Notes under the pieces: model-generated | What the model was told of the DNA's origin: nothing | Database searches by the model: none | Seen by the model: only the letters and a program-made list of their open reading frames with translations | NCBI GenBank assembly: GCA_027053075.1 | Contig: JALUEE010000078.1 | Coordinates: forward strand, 25,189 to 89,188 | Origin: a candidate division WOR-3 bacterium | Lineage (GTDB): Bacteria > Hydrothermota > Hydrothermia > B15-G9 > WFZT01 | Length of the DNA stretch: 64,000 nucleotides | Reading direction: 5' to 3' | Shown: positions 12,201 through 21,330 of the stretch, in pieces | How positions within the stretch are numbered: the stretch's first letter is position 1 | Layout: each line of letters opens with the position of its first letter | Position numbers and translations under genes: made by a program

Positions 12201-12435
12201 CGATGTAGGAACACGTCAGGGTATACGTACCAGGAGGCACATTTAAAATAACATAATAGCCATCCTGGTCAGAAGATGCTCCCATTCTCGTCCCCTCTAT
12301 TATTATGTTAGCAGCCGGAAGTGGTTCACCAGTATGCTTGTCGGTGACTCTACCGACAATTTTACCAGTAGTTCCGGCTGTGAGGGACGAAAATGCAAAT
12401 AGGAGCGCCAGCACCCACACATTCTTAAGCCTCAT
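9220..12435 (-). CDS. TonB-dependent receptor with N-terminal carboxypeptidase-regulatory-like domain
   Basis: Signal peptide; TGKIVGRVTD...GYYVILNVPPGTYTL (CarbopepD_reg-like); plug motif VDIVKSSQLAELPVTNVAQVV...GGLHVRGGRPDEVVYVIDGV; 1071 aa; C-terminal ...LKGF terminal Phe. Confidence 0.8.
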   Translation of the reverse strand: MRLKNVWVLALLFAFSSLTAGTTGKIVGRVTDKHTGEPLPAANIIIEGTRMGASSDQDGYYVILNVPPGTYTLTCSYIGYKTMKVENVTVDVDRTTEVNFKLEPATLVTKEVVAVAKEPIIKKDLTASVDIVKSSQLAELPVTNVAQVVSQQAGVIARGGLHVRGGRPDEVVYVIDGVEIRDPYSNNTFANIPLLSIEETSISKGGFDVDQGTVSSGTINIVTKEGGPKYGFTLETVTSDFSFLGDKIYGFLDRNWGDEYYDFLTGKNLDFNSPVGRHHSRDYITQFSFGGPINPRNRSGAKFFISGQYQTNKGRFPVSPDPKFWNVRKNFQWKITYPLASWKFFTSGFWAKAHTRGYSPYWRLALDHTSYNDDNQLQFIFGINKIFSSRTYWELRLGYFRRKLESNVMEDVDRDGVDDFADRDKDGFVEVDLDYFKKLVIDTFRTHGRIDSVHTHWEWINIDSLYSYVSPNGDTVHPEINWSAGYVEIPYYWWDTKVQALYPSIGSGPKWWPEAEEMFIVDPIFRDTVDTIFSVLNTEGWGQRSNVDLKVLVVEAMDDSGNTYVDTVLQVSNDFYEFPFRWPLKGHEFTDSIVTVIDTLLKVGGQYLPGMNTWQRSQWYYGNSSYLTFTTKLTSQVTKHHEILAGMEYKRINITRYGADYASGGNVYLTLLNPHLTSRPGDPYTFINWFNDHPAVPWVFAAYLRDKIEMEGMIAKVGFRIDYYNSGGYAISDSNDPFVSDSLWHTIRMMKNPVKVGSKWYISPRLGVSHPISDRDVLHFTYGHYLQIPPFYQILSNYVFSGAFPIVGNANIEPEKTISYELGLKHAINNQMVVDVTAFYKDILKWSRLKQFSYGIAGANYSTYVNEDWGTVRGIEFSFSKRPGGMVLPFLTLSIDYTLQYAYGSFSSPFNAYDWMWRGYPLPHKESPLDWDQRHSLVANFGVVFPKNKSLANIRYLDNFSLMFQFTYGSGYPYTPPIRTPRDAVEKINSARLPSHMQLNMKFIKNFEIGKAKFRFYVDVLNVTNRKDLNRFENVDWYVQFHMPEGEVKNPAVYYPRRTTRLGLEFKLKGF

Positions 12436-12460
12436 ACTTTATACCTCCTATTTTTTCTTA

Positions 12461-13108
12461 TCAATGCTCTAACTTAAATATGAATGGAATTGCGACCCAG
12501 ACCTTTACTGGTTTGTCTCTCTGACGACCCGGGGTAAATACAAACTGTTTGGCCGCAGCAATCGCTGGCTTGATAAATATGGGGTTCGTGGCTTTTAAAA
12601 CAACCACTGAGTCCACTCTCCCCTGTTCGTTCACAAGCACTTTAACAAAAACTCTTCCCTCAATACCAGCTTTACGTGCAAGCTCAGGGTATTGAGGCTC
12701 AACCTGCTTTACAACCTTTGGCTTAACTTCTACTGCAAAGAATTCATATGTTTTTTCAACCTTTGGGGGAGGTGGAGCTTCAAGCTCATTAAAGGTTGTG
12801 GTGGGAGTAAATTCGATCTCTTTCTCTGCTTCCTGCTCTTCTTCATCGGAAACATCATTACTCTCTTTAATTTCAACTGGTAATTTTGGCTTTGGTGGAG
12901 GCGGCGGTTCTTTAATCTCCTCCACCTGTGTATTAACCTGCTCCACGATGGTGGTTATCTCAGATTTGGGTTTATAAGGACTAACCTCTACTTTCTTAAC
13001 CCCAACAAAAATTGCGATAAACATAGCAAGGGTTATACCCACCGCGAGGAGCATATTTGTTCCATACTCTTCTTCGAGAGTCAAATTCTTCTTTTCTTTC
13101 TCTGCCAT
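12461..13108 (-). CDS. tonB: Energy transducer TonB
   Basis: N-terminal TM helix, Pro/Lys/Glu-rich spacer (EPPPPPKPKLP), C-terminal TonB domain (PQYPELARKAGIEGRVFVKVLV...). Confidence 0.75.
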   Translation of the reverse strand: MAEKEKKNLTLEEEYGTNMLLAVGITLAMFIAIFVGVKKVEVSPYKPKSEITTIVEQVNTQVEEIKEPPPPPKPKLPVEIKESNDVSDEEEQEAEKEIEFTPTTTFNELEAPPPPKVEKTYEFFAVEVKPKVVKQVEPQYPELARKAGIEGRVFVKVLVNEQGRVDSVVVLKATNPIFIKPAIAAAKQFVFTPGRQRDKPVKVWVAIPFIFKLEH

Positions 13109-13164
13109 CTAATCACCTCGTGGTTATCATTTATATATATTCAAAGTCTCTTTACTGTCAAGAC

Positions 13165-13575
13165 TTACTTCTTTGGATACAGTGTTGCGAATACCACACG
13201 AAAGGCCTGTGCATCCCTTAGAGCGTCCATAACCTCATTAACGTATTTGTATTCAACTCTCTTATCGGCCTTGATGTAGGCAATTGTGGAAGGATTCTCT
13301 GAGAGTTTAATCTTGAATGCGACAGTCACCTGAGGAGGCTGAACTATCTTGTCATCCACAGAAATTCGACCATCTTTGTCAATGTATATATGCGCAAGGT
13401 CTCTCTGCTTGATAATCCTCTCCGTGGTTTTTGCTGTGGGCAGGATAACTTTCAAGCCGATCTCCTTACGGAATACAGTGGTGACCATGAAGAATATGAG
13501 CAACAGGAATGCAATATCTGACATGGACGCTGTTGGAATATTAACCTTCATCTCTCTTTTGCGTTCGAGCTTCAT
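13165..13575 (-). CDS. exbD: Biopolymer transport protein ExbD/TolR
   Basis: 136 aa; single N-terminal TM (MSDIAFLLLIFFMVTT) characteristic of ExbD/TolR. Confidence 0.8.
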   Translation of the reverse strand: MKLERKREMKVNIPTASMSDIAFLLLIFFMVTTVFRKEIGLKVILPTAKTTERIIKQRDLAHIYIDKDGRISVDDKIVQPPQVTVAFKIKLSENPSTIAYIKADKRVEYKYVNEVMDALRDAQAFRVVFATLYPKK

Positions 13576-13579
13576 GTCG

Positions 13580-13999
13580 CTAACCTCCAGCCTTAATTAT
13601 ACCCAGTGCCACCCTCGTGGCTTTAGGCACCTGTTTCACCTGGTCAAACACCTGTATCATCCGCTCATAAGGCGCTTTTTCGTTGGTCTTGATAAGAATG
13701 ATCAGCTTGGGATTCTTTTCGAGTCTTTCTTTAAGAATAGGCTGAATCTGATCAAGAGTAACCGGCTTATCTCCAATAAATATCTGACCCTGGTCGTTAA
13801 TCGAAATTTTGAGGATATTCTTCGACTTGATCTTAACGATTTCCGTGGTTTTTTCCGGTAGAACAAGCTTCAACCCTTTATCACGGGCAAAGATAGTCGT
13901 AGTCATAAAGAAAATGATGAGCAGGAACGCAATATCAGCCATTGATGCGGTGGGGATTTCGGCTTCCTCAGGAGGTTTTGCTTTTCTAAAAATAGCCAA
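13580..13999 (-). CDS. exbD: Biopolymer transport protein ExbD/TolR (second copy)
   Basis: 139 aa; MADIAFLLIIFFMTTT N-terminal TM; paralog of adjacent gene. Confidence 0.8.
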   Translation of the reverse strand: MAIFRKAKPPEEAEIPTASMADIAFLLIIFFMTTTIFARDKGLKLVLPEKTTEIVKIKSKNILKISINDQGQIFIGDKPVTLDQIQPILKERLEKNPKLIILIKTNEKAPYERMIQVFDQVKQVPKATRVALGIIKAGG

Positions 14000-14013
14000 T
14001 TTAATTACCTCCC

Positions 14014-14649
14014 TCAGGCTTCTTGTTTAATAATCTCTTTCTCGAGGAGATACTCTATAAGTTCATTAGCGGCCTCTTCTGTGGCCCTTGAATATCCATT
14101 AATCTTGGACTGGAAAATTGCATAGAAAAGAGCGACAGGCGCCGCGATCAAAAGTCCGGTAGCCGTTGTGATCAATGCCTCTGAAATACCAGAGGCAACA
14201 AGCGTAGGCTCCACTTCTCCGGCAAGAGCAATTGCCTGGAACGCCTTAATCATTCCTGTAACTGTTCCCAGGAATCCGATGATCGGCGCAAGTGTAGCCG
14301 TAGCTGAAAGATAAATCATACCTCTGTCAAGAAATCCCATCTCTGAAGAGGCCTTCGCTGCCATTGCCTCTTCAACAACTGTCCTTCCTCTGTGGACCTT
14401 CTCAAGTCCGGCAAGAAGGACCTTTGCAATAGGCTTCTTATTTTTCTGCAAATACTCTATTGCAGCATCCAGACCCTCTTCCTCAATGAGGGTCGTGACC
14501 TTTTCCACAAGCTTGCGCGGGTTCGTGCTCGCCTTCACAAGCAGTGTAATGATTCTCTCTATGATGATTGCGGTTCCAAGGATAGCTAACGCGAGGAGCA
14601 ACCACATCATTGAACCGCCCTTATTGAAGTATTCAACAAGTCCTTGCAT
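14014..14649 (-). CDS. exbB: MotA/TolQ/ExbB proton-channel protein
   Basis: 211 aa, three TM segments, ...ATLAPIIGFLGTVTGMIKAF... motif typical of ExbB/TolQ. Confidence 0.8.
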   Translation of the reverse strand: MQGLVEYFNKGGSMMWLLLALAILGTAIIIERIITLLVKASTNPRKLVEKVTTLIEEEGLDAAIEYLQKNKKPIAKVLLAGLEKVHRGRTVVEEAMAAKASSEMGFLDRGMIYLSATATLAPIIGFLGTVTGMIKAFQAIALAGEVEPTLVASGISEALITTATGLLIAAPVALFYAIFQSKINGYSRATEEAANELIEYLLEKEIIKQEA

Positions 14650-14687
14650 TATTTAACCTCCCTTGTTTTTGTTTTTCGCAATAGTCC

Positions 14688-14716
14688 ATTTTAAATTCAT
14701 AAAACCCAATTGTCAA
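14688..14716 (-). promoter_or_regulatory. Putative sigma-70 promoter for the exbB operon: TTGACA-N17-TAAAAT on minus strand
   Basis: -35 TTGACA (rc of 14711..14716), 17-nt spacer, -10 TAAAAT (rc of 14688..14693); GGGAGG SD 8 nt before exbB ATG. Confidence 0.4.
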
Positions 14717-14724
14717 GCAAAAAA

Positions 14725-15525
14725 CTATATTTTAAGAGGCTTTAGACCGCCTAACTTATCTCCATTGTAGTCCACTTCTGCAAGGAGAATTTCTTTACCC
14801 TTTTGGGCTGCTTCCCTTAAAAGCTTATCCATGTTTCCACCCTCCCTGATGCAAATGCCCACTATCACATCAGAAAGGGCTACAACCACTCTATCCCGCA
14901 TAAGCATGGAGCCTGGCGTTCCCATATCGTCAAGCCCTGAAAATGAGATAATAGCATCAAATCCTAAATTGAGCCTTCGCTTCGTTATCTGGAATATTCC
15001 TCTGTCACTCACCGCAACTCGCTTTCCACCTATATTTTCAAAAAACCTATAATTTCTTCCATAAAGCCCTCCAACTGCCACACCAGAAAAACTTTTCCCT
15101 GCATCAAGTGAAAGTCTCATACATTTCTCATCTGCATCTCTGGAATTCAAGAGAGAAAAGGTCTCACTGTTTAATAATTCCATATCCCCACGCGCGTAAA
15201 TAATAGGTGGCGGATAATCCATAAAATCCTTGAGTTTAGAAGGATATGTTTCATCAAAAACTGAAACAGCCCTAAACCCCGACTCGCGCATTTTCTCACT
15301 CGCCTCTCGAGCTTTATAAATCAAATTGTTAAGCTGGTTACCAAGGGCGTTAGCCGAGACTTCAAGGAGTCCAAACCTCTCCCTGTAAACTTCAAAAGGG
15401 AACTCAAGAAACCTCGAGGGAGAAATTCCCTCAAAATACAAAGCACGCAAAACTTTATAAATTGTCCTGTCTCTGATTCCAGGAACAAGATGAAGCAGTA
15501 TGAGGAAAAATTCCATTTCCCCCAT
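14725..15525 (-). CDS. Divergent DprA/Smf-like (DNA-processing protein A family) Rossmann-fold protein
   Basis: YPSKLKDFMDYPPPIIYARGDMELLN... aligns with DprA YPxxLxxIxDPPxVLYxRGxLELLN; downstream Rossmann-like segment; canonical GLARGID motif not conserved. Confidence 0.4.
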   Translation of the reverse strand: MGEMEFFLILLHLVPGIRDRTIYKVLRALYFEGISPSRFLEFPFEVYRERFGLLEVSANALGNQLNNLIYKAREASEKMRESGFRAVSVFDETYPSKLKDFMDYPPPIIYARGDMELLNSETFSLLNSRDADEKCMRLSLDAGKSFSGVAVGGLYGRNYRFFENIGGKRVAVSDRGIFQITKRRLNLGFDAIISFSGLDDMGTPGSMLMRDRVVVALSDVIVGICIREGGNMDKLLREAAQKGKEILLAEVDYNGDKLGGLKPLKI

Positions 15526-15584
15526 TCAACTATTATGGAATCCTCACCTTCCTTTTTCAACTTAGAGGGTATAGAATCAATCCC

Positions 15585-16499
15585 ATGCAATGTGCAGTTA
15601 TTGATGTAGGCTCAAATTCCGTTCTTCTTGCCGTTGCAGACGAGAATGGAAATCCCATCCTCGAGCTTGATCGTGTTACAGCATTAGGTGAGGGACTAAA
15701 TACCTCGAAAAGGCTCAGGCATGATGCAATGGAGAGAACCGCCCTCGCCATGTGCGATTTCAAAAGGAGAGCAGAAGAGATGGGAGCTGAAAGGGTGATT
15801 GCGGTCGGTACAATGGCTCTCCGGGTAGCTTCAAATTCAGGTGATTTTCTAAAGCTGGTAAACGACCTTTGCGGCATCGAAATAAAAATCATATCCGGTG
15901 ATGAAGAAGCAAAACTCTCGTATGAGGCAGCCGTTTCATCACTTAAACTTTCCGGCAGCACCGTAGTGTCAGACGTTGGAGGAAGAAGTACAGACATAGC
16001 CTATGGTGAAGGTGAAAATCTTATCCGCACCTATAGTCTTGATTTGGGTGCCCTGAAAATCCTTGAGGGCAGCCATCTCAATTTTAAAGAAACTTCGCAC
16101 TTTAGTGACATCCAACAACTGAAGAAAGAAATTTTCGAATATCTCAGCGAAAATCTTCTTAAAACCACCCCTCAGAACTTCGTTATAATAGGCGGAACAG
16201 CCACCAATCTTGCCGCCATGAAACTACAACTCAGGCAATATGCCCCCGAGAAGGTTCACGGCTTAGAACTTTCGAGGACATCTATTGAAGAACTCCTCAA
16301 TAAGCTTATCTCAATGCCGATTTCGGCTCGAAGGAAACTGATCGGACTTCAACCCGAGAGGGCAGAGGTAATAATTCCGGGAACAATAATTATCCTTGCT
16401 TTAATGGATTTTTACGGCCAGGATTATGCTATCGTGAGCGATAGAGGGTTGAGACACGCGATTCTTGCCCGGTGTTACTCAAACAAACTCAAGAGGTAG
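15585..16499 (+). CDS. Ppx/GppA family phosphatase (exopolyphosphatase / pppGpp phosphohydrolase N-domain type)
   Basis: N-terminal AVIDVGSNSVLLAV motif and actin-like ATPase fold signatures of Ppx/GppA. Confidence 0.7.
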   Translation: MQCAVIDVGSNSVLLAVADENGNPILELDRVTALGEGLNTSKRLRHDAMERTALAMCDFKRRAEEMGAERVIAVGTMALRVASNSGDFLKLVNDLCGIEIKIISGDEEAKLSYEAAVSSLKLSGSTVVSDVGGRSTDIAYGEGENLIRTYSLDLGALKILEGSHLNFKETSHFSDIQQLKKEIFEYLSENLLKTTPQNFVIIGGTATNLAAMKLQLRQYAPEKVHGLELSRTSIEELLNKLISMPISARRKLIGLQPERAEVIIPGTIIILALMDFYGQDYAIVSDRGLRHAILARCYSNKLKR

Positions 16500-16906
16500 A
16501 AAAAGGCAAAAACGTATCCTTCAAAGCCCATTCCAGCTATCACAGCATCCGCAGCCCTCGCAGTGATAAGGGAATGACGAATCTCCTCTCTTTTAAACAC
16601 GTTTGATATGTGAACCTCAACGATCTTGCCATCAAATGCCCTTAGCGCGTCAAGAATGGCAATACTGTAATGAGAATAAGCACCTGGATTTATGATAATT
16701 CCATCCACTGAGCCAATGCATTGATGAATAAAATCCACAATCTCACCCTCGCTATTGGACTGGAAAAACTTAAATTCAACATTCTTCCCTTCAGAAGCTT
16801 CTATAAGCATCTTCTCAAGCTCTTCAAGGGTGCCAGAGCCGTATATCTCAGGCTCCCTTCTGCCAAGAAGGTTGAGATTTGGCCCATTGATCACAGCTAT
16901 CTTCAT
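16475..16906 (-). CDS. aroQ: 3-dehydroquinate dehydratase, type II
   Basis: MKIAVINGPNLNLLGRREPEIYG...IIINPGAYSHYSIAILDAL... strongly matches type II DHQase. Confidence 0.85.
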   Translation of the reverse strand: MKIAVINGPNLNLLGRREPEIYGSGTLEELEKMLIEASEGKNVEFKFFQSNSEGEIVDFIHQCIGSVDGIIINPGAYSHYSIAILDALRAFDGKIVEVHISNVFKREEIRHSLITARAADAVIAGMGFEGYVFAFFYLLSLFE

Positions 16907-18546
16907 AATAAACCTCCTTTCAACCTGATAATTTCATCTGGCTCCATAGGGTTTATGATAACATCACCGGGTTTGCGCGGTATTACAAAGTCAATCTTAC
17001 CACGAGAGGCCTTTTTGTCCTGTACGATTTTTTCAAGAATCAACCTCTCATCCACGCGCTCAGCATCAGGCAACTTCCGCAGTAATCCAAATTTACCGAG
17101 CAACTTCTTTGTTCGCTCAAGGAGCCCAGTCTCAGTAATTCCAAGTCCTATCCCAATTTCAATTGCCTTAACAAGACCAATGGCAACAGCCTCGCCATGA
17201 CTTATTCCCAGTATCACCTCATAAGCATGACCAAGTGTATGCCCAAGATTGAGTAACTTCCTCTTACCAGTGGACTCCCTGAAGTCTTCCTCCACGATCC
17301 CGAGTTTTACTTTCGCAGTTCTCTTTATCACCTCAGTGAGTGTCTGAAGATTACGCCTTAGCAACTTATCTACATTTGCCTCAAGGAATTTGAAAAATGC
17401 ATCCCCGTGATCGAAAGAATTCCCCCCACCTGACTCCTCCCCCCACGGACGAAGTCCGTGGGGGGAGGTCGGGAGGGGGGCACCATCTTCTAATTTATTT
17501 GAAAACGTAGTCTCACCAATTATTGCAGACTTCACAATCTCCGCAAATCCCTGGCGAAAATCCTTTCCATCAAGCGACAAAAGAGCTAAAGGATCAATCA
17601 AAATCAAATCCGGGTGATAGAATGTCCCAATGACGTTCTTTATCCCCCTGAAATTCAAAGCATTTTTCCCACCAAGACCTGCATCAACCTGGGCAAGAAG
17701 GGTTGTGGGTGCATTAATAAACCTGACACCTCTTTTGAAAGTAGATGCTGCAAATCCCACCACATCTGAGGCTGCACCTCCTCCTATAGACACCACAGTG
17801 GTTCCCCTTGTTGCCCTTGAATTCAGCAGGAATTCATAGATTCTCGTAAGAGTTTTTAGGCTCTTTGCCCTATCACCATCAGGTAACACAAAAACACTCT
17901 CTGGCAGAAACTCACCAAATAATCTGTAAGCTCGCCTCTGGGCAAAATATCTGACATCCCCCTTTGTGAAATTCCCCAAATCCTTTAAAATCCCGGGCCC
18001 GAGTAAAATTTTCTCTATGCCATCCAGTTCTTCTTTGATGTCCCAATCAATAAGATAGAGTATACTCTGAGCCACGGTCCATGGATTAGCAACCGCATCC
18101 ACAGTATTACCCACCCTTTCGTATATTTCCCGTCTTTCATTCAGAATTTTTCTCAGGTTATCCTCAATCCCCCCTTTCAAAAGAGGCCTCACATCACTTT
18201 TTCCCCTGCACCTTCTAACAAGCTCTTTAAGTGGAACCTCAAGATACACTCCCAGTGACTGCTCTCCAATCAACTTGAGATTTTCCGAATCTGTCACCAC
18301 TCCCCCACCGGTGGCAATCACCGTATTCTCAAGACGCATTGCGGACTGCAGAACCTCTTTCTCCAACCTTCTGAAATAGTCCTCACCGTAAGCTCTAAAA
18401 ATTTCAGGGATTTTAAGGCCAGAGCGCTGTTCGATAAGCCTATCCGTGTCAACAAAATCCCATCCGAGTGCCGCGGCAAGCCTCTTTCCAACAGTGGTCT
18501 TGCCACTGCACATCATACCTGTGAGAACGATTCTTCTGGGGATCAT
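16903..18546 (-). CDS. aroKB: Bifunctional shikimate kinase / 3-dehydroquinate synthase (AroK-AroB fusion) carrying an in-frame hairpin-repeat insertion
   Basis: N-terminus LTGMMCSGKTTVGKRLA (shikimate kinase P-loop); C-terminal DHQ synthase motifs (GGGAASDVVGFAASTF...NAPTTLLAQVDAGLGGKNALNF; LNLGHTLGHAYE); 20-aa insert encoded by repeat at 17422..17481. Confidence 0.8.
   Translation of the reverse strand: MIPRRIVLTGMMCSGKTTVGKRLAAALGWDFVDTDRLIEQRSGLKIPEIFRAYGEDYFRRLEKEVLQSAMRLENTVIATGGGVVTDSENLKLIGEQSLGVYLEVPLKELVRRCRGKSDVRPLLKGGIEDNLRKILNERREIYERVGNTVDAVANPWTVAQSILYLIDWDIKEELDGIEKILLGPGILKDLGNFTKGDVRYFAQRRAYRLFGEFLPESVFVLPDGDRAKSLKTLTRIYEFLLNSRATRGTTVVSIGGGAASDVVGFAASTFKRGVRFINAPTTLLAQVDAGLGGKNALNFRGIKNVIGTFYHPDLILIDPLALLSLDGKDFRQGFAEIVKSAIIGETTFSNKLEDGAPLPTSPHGLRPWGEESGGGNSFDHGDAFFKFLEANVDKLLRRNLQTLTEVIKRTAKVKLGIVEEDFRESTGKRKLLNLGHTLGHAYEVILGISHGEAVAIGLVKAIEIGIGLGITETGLLERTKKLLGKFGLLRKLPDAERVDERLILEKIVQDKKASRGKIDFVIPRKPGDVIINPMEPDEIIRLKGGLL
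17422..17481. repeat. Composite GC-rich hairpin repeat (CCCCCCACCTGACTCC-TCCCCCCACGGAC-GAAG-TCCGTGGGGGGA-GGTCGGGAGGGGGG) inside aroKB coding sequence, in frame
   Basis: Near-identical architecture to copies at 21167..21226 and 26105..26164; translated as APLPTSPHGLRPWGEESGGG in a predicted surface loop. Confidence 0.7.
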
Positions 18547-19850
18547 CAGAGGCCAAATCTTTTGAAAATTGCGTCCACGTTCCTCAAATAATCGTGGTTT
18601 AAAACCTCTTCGAGTTCCTCTGGTGTTAAATACTTCGCGATGTTTTCATTTTTTCTGATTAGCTCTTCAAAGGGCTCACCGCTCTTCATGGCCCTGTGGG
18701 CAGATTCCTTCACCCATTCGTAAGCCTCACCTCTCCTGACACCCTTTTTTACAAGGGCAAGGAGAATCGCCTCCGAGAGATAAAATTTCCCGTATTTGAC
18801 CAGATTCTCGTTGATCCTCTCCACATTCACAACCAGCCTGTCAACTATATCCTTTAGCAATGTGACCATGTAGTAATAAAGGGAAAGGGCATCTGGCATC
18901 AAAAATCTCTCGGTTGAGGAATGGGATATATCTCTCTCGTGCCAGAGTGCAATATTTTCCATGGATGTGTGGGCATAGCCTCTCAAAAGGCGTGCGAGAC
19001 CGCATAATCTCTCACTTTTTATAGGGTTCCTCTTGTGGGGCATGGCAGAGGAGCCCCGCTGTTTCCTTCCAAACGGTTCCTCAAGCTCTCCCACTTCTGT
19101 TCTCTGAAGCAGACGAATTTCTGTGGCAAATTTTTCAATATTACCTGCAGAAATGGCAATCACATCAAAAACATAGGCATAGCGGTCTCTCGGCACAATC
19201 TGGGTTGAAACTGGCTCGGGCTTCAATCCAAGCTTATGAAGCGCCTTTTCCTCGACCTCAGGGCTTATGAAGGAATAGTTTCCCACGGCGCCGGAAATTT
19301 TACCGTAGCTTATTTTTTCAATGGCGGAGCGTAGATTTTCTATATCTCTTAAAAAAGCCGAATAGTAGGAGAGAAATTTCAAACCGAGACTCGTGGGTTC
19401 AGCAAAAACCCCATGAGTCCGGCCCATTATGGGTTGATAACGGTACTCATTGGCCTTCTCTCTAAAGCTCAAAGAGAGCTCACTCAGGGCTTTTAGATTT
19501 AGCTCAAGGGCATTTTTCAAAATGAGTGAATTGGCGGTGTCTACCACATCAGAAGAGGTCATGCCAAAGTGCAAATACCTCGCAGGATCACCGGCTATCT
19601 CCTCAATCGTAAGCAGGAAGGCGATAACGTCGTGGTCAACCTCTCGCTCGATCTCCTTTGCTCTTTTCGCCACCCAGTTGAAATCCACATCTTCCATAGA
19701 TTTTCTGACCTTTTCCGGGACATCTGATGGGATAATGCCCATATCTGCCTCTACCTCAGCCACTGCGATCTCCACTTCGTACCATTTCCTGTACTTGAAT
19801 TCATCCGTGAAAATTTTCTTTATCTCGTCTTTCCAGTACCTTTCAATCAT
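18546..19850 (-). CDS. purB: Adenylosuccinate lyase
   Basis: Start assigned at [10 protein letters not shown] (matches Bacillus-type PurB N-terminus MIERYSRPEM); fumarate-lyase signature [10 protein letters not shown]. Confidence 0.85.
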   Translation of the reverse strand: MIERYWKDEIKKIFTDEFKYRKWYEVEIAVAEVEADMGIIPSDVPEKVRKSMEDVDFNWVAKRAKEIEREVDHDVIAFLLTIEEIAGDPARYLHFGMTSSDVVDTANSLILKNALELNLKALSELSLSFREKANEYRYQPIMGRTHGVFAEPTSLGLKFLSYYSAFLRDIENLRSAIEKISYGKISGAVGNYSFISPEVEEKALHKLGLKPEPVSTQIVPRDRYAYVFDVIAISAGNIEKFATEIRLLQRTEVGELEEPFGRKQRGSSAMPHKRNPIKSERLCGLARLLRGYAHTSMENIALWHERDISHSSTERFLMPDALSLYYYMVTLLKDIVDRLVVNVERINENLVKYGKFYLSEAILLALVKKGVRRGEAYEWVKESAHRAMKSGEPFEELIRKNENIAKYLTPEELEEVLNHDYLRNVDAIFKRFGL

Positions 19851-19851
19851 T

Positions 19852-20691
19852 TCAATCCATCCTGTAAAGTATTTTGAAACTCCCAAGCTCTCCCTCAAGA
19901 CGATTAATCAAAAGGTCAATGAGGGAGAACCTCTTCTTTTCTTTTTTGTAAACAAGACTCACGTGTCCTTTTATTCCGGCAAGTTTTTTAAGAATGTTAA
20001 CTGCATCCTCTATCGAGCCGAGTGTATCAACGAGACCAGCCTTTAGTGCCATCCTGCCCGAAAAAATCCTCCCATCCGCAAGTTTCCTTACGCTGTCAGC
20101 TGGAATGTGACGAGCCGATGCCACCTCTTCAACAAACTGCTTATAGACATCCATCAAGACGCCTTTTAGCAACTTCTTCTCCTCCGGTTTCATCTTTCTG
20201 AAAGGAGTGCCTGAGTCCTTGAATTTTCCTGTTTTTATAATCTCGTACTGGATACCTAACTTCTTTAGAAGGTCTGAGACCACAGGAAATTCGGCGATAA
20301 CACCAATGGAGCCGGTAATTGTTCCGGGATTCGCAACAATCTTATTAGATGCAAGGGAAACGTAATATCCACCAGAAGCTGCAACACTTCCGAAGCTCGC
20401 AACGATGGGCTTTCCGGCTTTTCGTGTCTTTTTCAGTGCCTCGAGTATCTCCTGAACAGGTCCAACGGCACCTCCCGGAGAGTCCACCCTGAGGAGTATG
20501 CCCTTGATATCAGAATCCTCCCTCAGACGCTTTATCCAATTGACGAGGGTGTCCGAACTCCTGATCGTGCCTTTGACCTCCACTACACCAATTTCGGCTC
20601 CAGAAATGCCAATGTGGGATGGCTTGAAGAACTTCCATAGGACGGCGAGAACAATTATCAGGACAATAAATTTGACAATCGGATTCTTCAT
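19852..20691 (-). CDS. sppA: Signal peptide peptidase SppA (36K type)
   Basis: N-terminal TM, ...[18 protein letters not shown]...[35 protein letters not shown]... S49 peptidase motifs. Confidence 0.8.
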   Translation of the reverse strand: MKNPIVKFIVLIIVLAVLWKFFKPSHIGISGAEIGVVEVKGTIRSSDTLVNWIKRLREDSDIKGILLRVDSPGGAVGPVQEILEALKKTRKAGKPIVASFGSVAASGGYYVSLASNKIVANPGTITGSIGVIAEFPVVSDLLKKLGIQYEIIKTGKFKDSGTPFRKMKPEEKKLLKGVLMDVYKQFVEEVASARHIPADSVRKLADGRIFSGRMALKAGLVDTLGSIEDAVNILKKLAGIKGHVSLVYKKEKKRFSLIDLLINRLEGELGSFKILYRMD

Positions 20692-21104
20692 GGGAGCGTA
20701 TCAACGTAGAAGATCAATCCCGCCCGAAAATCAGAGCCATCAACAAAGAGATTTATGTACCACTGTCCCCTCTCGTAAACGCGTTTGGAGAATGAGGTAA
20801 TGATATTCTCACCCGGTGGAATTCTCACCGTTGAGGAATCCGAAAAAGTGCTGTCCGGCCTGTACCATTTGGTCGTGACATAATGGGAATCTGCCGAAGA
20901 TGACCAGAGTATCCACAGGTTCACAGTATCTCCACTGTGAAAAAACTGTGTGATACCGGAGGGGTAACCATTGACAAGGTGTCTTGAAAGCTCAATATCC
21001 CCGATGTAGGGGTCACGACTGTATGAAATCCTACCTATGGTATTTGACTCCTTGGTACAGGAGACAGCAAACATCATAATAATTATTGCAATGACCCATC
21101 TCAT
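20688..21104 (-). CDS. Hypothetical lipoprotein
   Basis: Signal peptide with FAVSCTKE lipobox; 138 aa. Confidence 0.4.
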   Translation of the reverse strand: MRWVIAIIIMMFAVSCTKESNTIGRISYSRDPYIGDIELSRHLVNGYPSGITQFFHSGDTVNLWILWSSSADSHYVTTKWYRPDSTFSDSSTVRIPPGENIITSFSKRVYERGQWYINLFVDGSDFRAGLIFYVDTLP

Positions 21105-21166
21105 AATGTGTCTATTTTAAAGTCAAACTAACCACGTTGGAATGCCCTTTGAGCTTGGTCGAAAAT

Positions 21167-21226
21167 CCCCCCTCCTCTCCTCCCCCCACGCACTTTGTGC
21201 GTGGGGGGAGGAACAAGGTGGGGGGA
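21167..21226. repeat. Composite GC-rich hairpin repeat (core CCTCCCCCCACGCAC-TTTG-TGCGTGGGGGGAGG)
   Basis: Inverted repeat seen directly; same family as 17422 and 26105 copies. Confidence 0.75.
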
Positions 21227-21275
21227 ATTTTTCCTCAAAAATCAGAGAATTTGAGATTTTTTCGAACAGGCTCAT

Positions 21276-21330
21276 GCCCTTTGCGGGGCGGGGTCGTGCA
21301 CTTCGTGCACGACCCCGCCCCGCAGCAAAG
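21276..21330. repeat. GC-rich hairpin repeat (TGCGGGGCGGGGTCGTGCAC-TTC-GTGCACGACCCCGCCCCGCA)
   Basis: Perfect 20-bp arms with TTC loop. Confidence 0.75.

Noticed and set aside
19450-20046. 198-aa plus-strand ORF spanning the purB and sppA junction
   Set aside because: It lies opposite two strongly supported minus-strand genes and crosses their boundary. It is a shadow ORF.
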